Shown piece after piece: positions 57,793 to 64,000 of a stretch of DNA of 64,000 nucleotides. Each line of letters opens with the position of its first letter. Position 1 is the first letter of the stretch. Where the stretch lies: the IMG/VR virus record IMGVR_UViG_3300020424_000652; one strand, given 5' to 3'. The notes beneath the pieces are model-generated. The model saw only the letters and a list, made by a program, of their open reading frames with translations. It was not told the origin of the DNA and did no database searches. The position numbers and the translations under genes are program-made. The stretch is from a virus.

Positions 57793-59604
57793 ATGGGATA
57801 TAAATTAAACAAGACAGACGGAACATTATTAGTAGATTTAGTTGACGGACAATTAGATACCACTACTACTTCCATCGGTCTGATTGGAAAAAATTATACA
57901 GGATTTGGTGAAACCCTAAACGAAAACATGATCAAGATGTTGGAGAATTTTGCCAACACATCAGCACCATCTGTTCCATTGAAAGGACAGCTTTGGTATG
58001 ATACTGCATCAGCAAGAATAAAAGTTTATGATGGCACTTCATTTAAAGAAAGTGGAGGTCCTATTGTGTCTACTTCACAACCTAACAACATGGTGTCAGG
58101 AGATTTATGGTTAAACAGTTTAACAAATCAATTATACTTTTATGATGGAACTGATCTAACTTTAGCAGGACCAGTATACACAGCACAGCAAGGTAAATCA
58201 GGATTTGAAACTGTCACAGCATTAGATACACAAAACAATAGTAAAACAACTGTAAGATTTTTTATAGGTGGCACACTTGTAGGAGTTTTTGCAAACGAAG
58301 AATTTACTCCAGCAGTAGGATACACAGTTCCAGGAATAACTGGAAATATCAAAAAAGGTTTTAACTTAATAGATGGTGTAAACTTTGTATACAGAGGCAC
58401 AGCAGATTCGGCCTTGTCATTAACAGATAGCCAAGGAAATACAAGAACACCAGCACAGCTTTTACCAGCAGATTCAAATGGTGTAACAATAGGAACTTTG
58501 ACAGTAAGTAACTCAGGTGGACTTACAATAGGAACAGCACAAAACAACATACAAAAAATTGTTGGTACAAGTTATGTTACAGAAAATCAACTTTCAAATC
58601 ATGATTGGAAAGTAAGAGTTAGAAAAACTACAGGTTACGTTGATGCAATCGTTGTTGATACTGATCTATCTAATGTAGGAATATTTAAGTCACAGCCATT
58701 ACATACTTTACACGTTGGTGGAGATGTTAAAGTTGACGGACAATTAATTGTTACTGGTACAACTACAAGCATTGATACACAAAATTTAAGAGTTGAAGAC
58801 AAGAATATAGAACTTGCAATACAATCAGACAGTACTGTAGGCAACAATGCCGCAGTAGATGGTGGTGGTATTATTTTAAAATCATCAGACTTAGACAAAG
58901 AATTTGTTTGGAGAAACAATACCCAATCTTGGACATCAAGTGAAAACATTGATCTTGCCGCAACTAAAGGTTTCAAGGTCAACGGAAACGAAGTGTTAAA
59001 TGAGACAGCTTTAGGATCACAGGTTACAAGTGCATTAGGTTTAACACAGATAGGTACACTTACAACTTTAAGTGTAGATAATATTACTTTAAATGATTAT
59101 GCCATATCAACATCAGGTGGTGGATTGCAGATCACAAGTGATGGTACTATTACAATCACTAACAATCAAAAGATTACAGGACTTGCAAATCCAACTACTG
59201 ATACTGATGCTTCTAACAAGTTTTACGTTGATGATTCAATTGACAATGAGCCAGTAATTGTTCCATTGGATATTACAGGACTTACAAACGCCAATATTGC
59301 AACAATTATTGAAGACATTTATCCAGCGGCAAATAAGAAAAATGGATCATATGCTTATGTTCCAACATCAACATTAACTGGTGCAACAGTTAGTGGTATT
59401 GATGTAAACTCTGTTGCTAACAAATCTTTCATAGCAGTTGATGCCAATGGTGTGCAAAATCAGAGTGTTTTGCAAGATATTGCGTTTAATAATGCATCAG
59501 GTACAGTTAGTTCATCTGTTGCTAGAGGCCTTAAAAGGTATAAAGTACAAGCAGGAGTATGGGTATTTGACACAGATCTAGGTAGTAGCGGCGGACTGTG
59601 GTAA
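57793..59604 (+). CDS. Tail fibre-like protein (603 aa)
   Basis: Same N-terminal domain (GKNYTGFGE..NEN.IKMLENFA..GQLWYD); ITGLANPT...DASNK.YVD fibre motif. Confidence 0.75.
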   Translation: MGYKLNKTDGTLLVDLVDGQLDTTTTSIGLIGKNYTGFGETLNENMIKMLENFANTSAPSVPLKGQLWYDTASARIKVYDGTSFKESGGPIVSTSQPNNMVSGDLWLNSLTNQLYFYDGTDLTLAGPVYTAQQGKSGFETVTALDTQNNSKTTVRFFIGGTLVGVFANEEFTPAVGYTVPGITGNIKKGFNLIDGVNFVYRGTADSALSLTDSQGNTRTPAQLLPADSNGVTIGTLTVSNSGGLTIGTAQNNIQKIVGTSYVTENQLSNHDWKVRVRKTTGYVDAIVVDTDLSNVGIFKSQPLHTLHVGGDVKVDGQLIVTGTTTSIDTQNLRVEDKNIELAIQSDSTVGNNAAVDGGGIILKSSDLDKEFVWRNNTQSWTSSENIDLAATKGFKVNGNEVLNETALGSQVTSALGLTQIGTLTTLSVDNITLNDYAISTSGGGLQITSDGTITITNNQKITGLANPTTDTDASNKFYVDDSIDNEPVIVPLDITGLTNANIATIIEDIYPAANKKNGSYAYVPTSTLTGATVSGIDVNSVANKSFIAVDANGVQNQSVLQDIAFNNASGTVSSSVARGLKRYKVQAGVWVFDTDLGSSGGLW

Positions 59605-59606
59605 AA

Positions 59607-59614
59607 GATAAATA
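59607..59614 (+). promoter_or_regulatory. Late promoter GATAAATA
   Basis: In the gap before 59634. Confidence 0.65.
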
Positions 59615-59633
59615 GTTACATAGGGGTTATAGA

Positions 59634-61121
59634 ATGGCATATACTATAGATAGATACAGCGGAGTTACACTTACAACGGTGGAAGACGGTACAGTTGATC
59701 AAACTACCGATATTAAACTTGTTGGTAAGAATTACGCTGGATATGGTGAAATACAAAACGAGAATTTTTTACATTTATTAGAAAATTTTAGCGGTACATC
59801 ACAACCACCGAAAGCAATTTCAGGGCAAATTTGGTTTGATCAAACTGCAAGTAAATTAAAATTTTATGATGGTTCTAGATTTAGAACAACAGGTGGTGCA
59901 GAAGTAAGTGCTACACAACCAGCTGGTTTAGCCACTGGTGATCTATGGTGGGATTCTACTAACCAACAATTATATGCTTACAGCGGATCAGGATATGTTT
60001 TAATTGGTCCACAAGGTGCAGGTGCAACTGTAACACAGATGAAATCTGCAACAATCAGAGACACCACAAACACAAACAGATTAGTTATTAAAGCGATTGT
60101 CAACGACGAAGTAATATTCATTATTAGTGCAGTATCATTTACAATAGATAGCACAGATCCATCAAATGCTGTAACAGGTTTTGATGTAATCAAAAAAGGA
60201 CTTACTTTAAGAAACACAATGAACGCAACAGGAGGTGTAACAAGCACCACTGATTACTATTGGGGTACAGCAAGTAACTCATTAAAACTTGGTGGATATA
60301 GTGCATCAGATTTTGCTTTAGCAGGATCAGGAGCATTCAACAGCCTAGTTACATTTGCAGATGCTGGTATTGCCATTGGTGATTCAAGCGATTTAAAAAT
60401 TTATGTTGAAAATGACAATCAAGGAGTAATTCAAAACGAAGTTGGACAAATGATCAAGTTCAAGGTTGATGATGCACAAGGAACTGTGCATGAGCCTGTA
60501 CGTTTAGAAGCAACAGGTTTAAATCCATCAGCAAACTTACAATACAATTTAGGAACATCTACTTTACAGTACAACTCAGTGTTTGCAAGTTCTTTCAACG
60601 GAACTGCAACAAAAGCCGCTACTTTACAAGTAGGTACAAATTTTAGATCAGGATCAACTGCGGCAACAAATAACACGGTTGCAGTTAGAGACGGATCAGG
60701 TAACTTGGTAGCAAACTTATTCACAGGTACAGCTACACAGGCACAATACGCTGACTTGGCAGAGAAATATACAACTGACCAAGAACATCCAGTAGGAACA
60801 ATCATGACTATTCCTACTATGAGAGATGGCGATATGGGTGATGCCGAAATGATAGCTTGTGATTTAGATGGAATACCAACAGGTGTTATATCCGACAAAC
60901 CAGCATACTTAATGAATGCTGAAGCAGAAGGTCAAGCAGTAGCACTTAAAGGTAAAGTTCCAGTTAGAGTCACAGGTCCAGTATTCAAAGGCGATCCGAT
61001 TTATTCAAACATCGACGGTGTGGGTTCACAAATTATCCAAGATGGTAAAATGATTGGTATTGCACTTGAAACAAACGAAGACGAAGAAGAAAAATTAGTC
61101 GAAGTATTTTTGAAGGTGTAA
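59634..61121 (+). CDS. Tail fibre-like protein with probable C-terminal autocleaved chaperone domain (495 aa)
   Basis: Same N-terminal domain; C-terminal YADLAEKY...GVISDKPAYLMN...VALKGKVPV resembles Peptidase_G2-type intramolecular chaperones. Confidence 0.7.
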   Translation: MAYTIDRYSGVTLTTVEDGTVDQTTDIKLVGKNYAGYGEIQNENFLHLLENFSGTSQPPKAISGQIWFDQTASKLKFYDGSRFRTTGGAEVSATQPAGLATGDLWWDSTNQQLYAYSGSGYVLIGPQGAGATVTQMKSATIRDTTNTNRLVIKAIVNDEVIFIISAVSFTIDSTDPSNAVTGFDVIKKGLTLRNTMNATGGVTSTTDYYWGTASNSLKLGGYSASDFALAGSGAFNSLVTFADAGIAIGDSSDLKIYVENDNQGVIQNEVGQMIKFKVDDAQGTVHEPVRLEATGLNPSANLQYNLGTSTLQYNSVFASSFNGTATKAATLQVGTNFRSGSTAATNNTVAVRDGSGNLVANLFTGTATQAQYADLAEKYTTDQEHPVGTIMTIPTMRDGDMGDAEMIACDLDGIPTGVISDKPAYLMNAEAEGQAVALKGKVPVRVTGPVFKGDPIYSNIDGVGSQIIQDGKMIGIALETNEDEEEKLVEVFLKV

Positions 61122-61125
61122 TTAA

Positions 61126-62016
61126 ATGGCAATAGGTGATATTATCACAGCGGCAAGGTACAACAACTTGCAATCAAGAGTAGCAACGATAATGGGAACA
61201 GGGTCAGGAGACGATGGCTACGGTCAAACTCTAAATTCTGCTCAGGTTGCCGCGAGTGCAACAGTAAACGCAACTGATATGTCCACCCTTTACACAGATA
61301 TTGCAAATGGCAGAGTACACCAAACAGGAGTAACACCAACTGAGATAGCTATTATTTCACAATCAGATGTTGTGTTAGATAGTGATACTATTAATAAAAA
61401 AGGTGTTGCACAATTTGAAAATTTAACTACTACCTTAGAGAATGAAAAGTTTCAAATACATTCATCACAAGGTACAGCAGAAGCGGCCATTTCCGCTCAG
61501 TACACATCAAACTGGAATGGAACATTAGCACACTTAATAGATGTAACATTTACTGATGCAGATCATAGAAGACAATTTTTTAATGCTGGTGGAGAAATCC
61601 GTACAGCGGCAAATATTGCAAAAAACAGTCCACCTGCTAAAACACTTGACTGGATGACCATGCTTTCAAACATGGGTACAGTGAAAATGGGTTACACTTC
61701 AACAAGTGCAACAGGATCAGGATCAGGTACAACTGTTGGATTTCATGATCTAACTACATCTTTTCAGGACTTATTTGTTAAAAATGGTACTGGTTTGTAT
61801 GCGGCCAACAACTATACACTCAAAGGCAGAATAGTTGGAACCAATCAAGTTCAATTAAGAGCTGAATTTAATGACGCAAACACAGGTAATCCAAACTATG
61901 ATGAAGATGTTGAAGGTACTTTAACAAGTACGGTCACTCAATTTAGAGCAACTGGCTCTTATGTTTCTGTTCCAACACCAACTTACCAAACAAACGCTGG
62001 TTCAAACTTAACGTAA
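61126..62016 (+). CDS. Virion structural protein (296 aa)
   Basis: GD.ITAA.YN, GYGQ, RQFFNAGGEIR; T/S/G-rich; in the late operon. Confidence 0.65.
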   Translation: MAIGDIITAARYNNLQSRVATIMGTGSGDDGYGQTLNSAQVAASATVNATDMSTLYTDIANGRVHQTGVTPTEIAIISQSDVVLDSDTINKKGVAQFENLTTTLENEKFQIHSSQGTAEAAISAQYTSNWNGTLAHLIDVTFTDADHRRQFFNAGGEIRTAANIAKNSPPAKTLDWMTMLSNMGTVKMGYTSTSATGSGSGTTVGFHDLTTSFQDLFVKNGTGLYAANNYTLKGRIVGTNQVQLRAEFNDANTGNPNYDEDVEGTLTSTVTQFRATGSYVSVPTPTYQTNAGSNLT

Positions 62017-62032
62017 CCAATCACTTTTTTAT

Positions 62033-62039
62033 CTAAATA
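62033..62039 (+). promoter_or_regulatory. Probable late promoter CTAAATA
   Basis: Variant motif in the gap before 62063. Confidence 0.45.
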
Positions 62040-62062
62040 GTAGTAGCAACTGGATTATTACT

Positions 62063-62425
62063 ATGGATGAACGATTACAAAAAGCATTAGATTTTTCAAA
62101 CTACATGGTAACTCTTAATAACCAAAAGAGAGTGCTAAAGGAACAGTATTTTGAAAACAGAATTCATTACTTTAACGGTGGACAATTTTCTGTAACAAAT
62201 GAATTGTTATCTTTTGTAGGATTGCTATGCGAAAAAGGTGACACAACTAATATCCCTATCATTGACGATAATGATGTTCCTGTGAAAATACCTGATCTCA
62301 ATGTGTTCTTTGATGACATCATGGATGTCTACTTTCAATCTTCAAATGAATATCACGCAGAGTATGAAAAAATTAGAACTAAGAGAAAAGTTTCTGGGTT
62401 GGTAGACTATGACGAAGACAAATAA
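62063..62425 (+). CDS. Hypothetical protein (120 aa), possibly a fibre assembly chaperone
   Basis: Clean ORF after the fibre genes; the function is positional inference. Confidence 0.6.
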   Translation: MDERLQKALDFSNYMVTLNNQKRVLKEQYFENRIHYFNGGQFSVTNELLSFVGLLCEKGDTTNIPIIDDNDVPVKIPDLNVFFDDIMDVYFQSSNEYHAEYEKIRTKRKVSGLVDYDEDK

Positions 62426-63269
62426 AGGTGCATTAATCTTTGCTAGAAACAATGCTCAGATTGATTATATAAAACAAGCACGTTTTTCTGCACAAAGAAT
62501 AAGAAAACATTTAGATATCCCAACTAGTATTGTTACTGATAGTGTTGAATATTTGCAAAACACTTACAAAGACTACAATGAAGTGTTTGATCAAGTAATA
62601 GAAGTACCATACAAAACAGAATTTACAAATAAAAAATATTTTGACGGTAGCGGAGTGTTCAAACATCTGCAATTTAAAAATGATTTACGCACAAAAGCCT
62701 ATGAACTTACTCCTTATGACGAAACTTTATTATTAGACAGCGATTATGTAATTGCAAATGATTTGTTTAAAAATTGTTTTGCACAAGAACACGATTTCTT
62801 AATATACAAAGATGCAAAGGATCTTACAAATTTCCGTGACACAGAAGAATTTCAAAAGATAAGTGATACAAGTGTAGATTTTTATTGGGCCACTGTAATA
62901 TATTTTAAAAAATCAGAACAAAACAAAATATTTTTTGACCTAACACAGCATATACAAGAAAACTGGGATCATTACAACAGCATATTCCAAGTAAACAAAG
63001 GAATATTTAGAAATGATCATGTGTTTAGTATAGCAATACACATCATGAATGGTTATCAAAAGGGTGACTTTGCACATAAGTTGCCTGGAATAAAATATTA
63101 TACAGCAGATAGAGATATCTTATGGGATCTTGAAGATGATAATTTTTTCTTTTTGTTAGAGAAACAAAATCATCTGGGAGAATATACACCTTTGCGTATC
63201 AAAGGTAGTAGTGTTCATGTTATGAACAAATTTAGTTTGAACAGAATCATAGATAAAGGAGAAATGTAA
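62409..63269 (+). CDS. GT-A fold glycosyltransferase-like protein (286 aa)
   Basis: TPYDETLLLDSD (DxD), WATVIYF, RND..FSIA.H motifs, GT8-like. Confidence 0.7.
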   Translation: MTKTNKGALIFARNNAQIDYIKQARFSAQRIRKHLDIPTSIVTDSVEYLQNTYKDYNEVFDQVIEVPYKTEFTNKKYFDGSGVFKHLQFKNDLRTKAYELTPYDETLLLDSDYVIANDLFKNCFAQEHDFLIYKDAKDLTNFRDTEEFQKISDTSVDFYWATVIYFKKSEQNKIFFDLTQHIQENWDHYNSIFQVNKGIFRNDHVFSIAIHIMNGYQKGDFAHKLPGIKYYTADRDILWDLEDDNFFFLLEKQNHLGEYTPLRIKGSSVHVMNKFSLNRIIDKGEM

Positions 63270-63457
63270 TGGAAATAATCTGGGCTTTAATGTTGCAGGT
63301 ATGCAGTTCGTTAGGATGCCAAGATCAAATGGTTGCAGAATTCAACACACAAGATAATTGCCACATAGCACAATGGCAACATGAACAAATTCCAACTGAC
63401 GGTGCTTGGAAAAGTGTTGAGTATAAATGTATACCAAAAGGGAGCATAGGTGCATAA
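63269..63457 (+). CDS. Small Cys-containing hypothetical protein (62 aa)
   Basis: Coupled start; hydrophobic N-terminus and four Cys. Confidence 0.55.
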   Translation: MEIIWALMLQVCSSLGCQDQMVAEFNTQDNCHIAQWQHEQIPTDGAWKSVEYKCIPKGSIGA

Positions 63458-63596
63458 GATAGTTTACGTAACAGAGGAACATATTTCCTGTACAGGTGAG
63501 AATGATGATCACCCTAAGGTATATTACACACTTAAAAGTGGAGAAGCAGTATGTATGTACTGCAATATTAAATTTGTATTGAAAAAAGATGACTAA
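63450..63596 (+). CDS. zf-CHCC-type zinc-finger protein (48 aa; missing from the ORF track)
   Basis: GTG start with GGAG RBS; MHKIVYVTEEHISCTGENDDHPKVYYTLKSGEAVCMYCNIKFVLKKDD with C-x6-HP.VY...CxYC. Confidence 0.7.
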   Translation: MHKIVYVTEEHISCTGENDDHPKVYYTLKSGEAVCMYCNIKFVLKKDD

Positions 63597-64000
63597 AGGA
63601 TTTGTATTAATAGCACAAAACAGCGAATATGACTACGTACAACAGGCGTGTGCGTTGGCAATGAGTATACAAGCTACTAATGAAGCAAAGATTTGTTTAA
63701 TAACCAACGATAAAGTGCCATCTAGGTATGAAAAATTGTTTGATGTCATAAAACCTATACCTTGGTCCGATGATGCACAAAGCAAAGATTGGAAAGTAGA
63801 CAACAGATGGAAATTGTATCATGCAAGTCCATATGATCAAACTATTGTGTTGGATACAGATATGCTTGTACTACAAAATTTAGACAGTTGGTGGAAATTT
63901 TTAGAGAACTATGAAGTGTTTTATGTAAGTAACGTGCAAACATATCGCGGAGATACAGTAGTTGACAACTATTATAGAAAAACATACAAAGCAAACAACT
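63589..64000 (+). CDS. Second GT-A glycosyltransferase-like protein (truncated by window end), paralogue of 62409..63269
   Basis: MTKGFVLIAQN...DYVQQA...SPYDQTIVLDTDMLV. Confidence 0.7.
   Translation, partial: MTKGFVLIAQNSEYDYVQQACALAMSIQATNEAKICLITNDKVPSRYEKLFDVIKPIPWSDDAQSKDWKVDNRWKLYHASPYDQTIVLDTDMLVLQNLDSWWKFLENYEVFYVSNVQTYRGDTVVDNYYRKTYKANN

Noticed and set aside
1-64000. Alternative genetic code or inteins in portal, gp46 or gp6
   Set aside because: Core genes translate intact at plausible lengths with the standard code; no C...HN intein boundaries noticed.

Overview
A 64-kb segment of an AT-rich, large T4-like myovirus genome, probably marine (inference), almost entirely the virion morphogenesis region. 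The left part (minus strand) holds tail-fibre and structural genes, then the head module (gp23 capsid, gp22 scaffold, gp21 protease, acidic core protein, gp20 portal) and the tape measure gene. A central island carries a gp26-like chaperone with a start-less gp51-like ORF, putative internal virion proteins, a GIY-YIG nuclease, gp46/gp47 and the gp55 late sigma factor. The right part (plus strand) holds the baseplate genes (gp48/54-, gp53-, gp27-, gp5-, gp25-, gp6-like, and a 4907-aa wedge protein), fibre paralogues and glycosyltransferase-like genes. Most notable observations: (1) a ~340-nt, strand-specific, pseudoknotted non-coding RNA candidate directly behind a minimal GIY-YIG nuclease gene; (2) a -1 programmed frameshift signal fusing the gp26-like and gp51-like ORFs next to the tape measure gene; (3) a second ~200-nt structured RNA with its own sigma70 promoter downstream of the capsid gene; (4) late promoters NTAAATA with a TACGCAC upstream element, leaderless late mRNAs, and a gp55 promoter overlapped by opposing late promoters; (5) apparent avoidance of GCWGC. 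All RNA structures were folded by eye and all family calls come from motif recognition; no database search was run.
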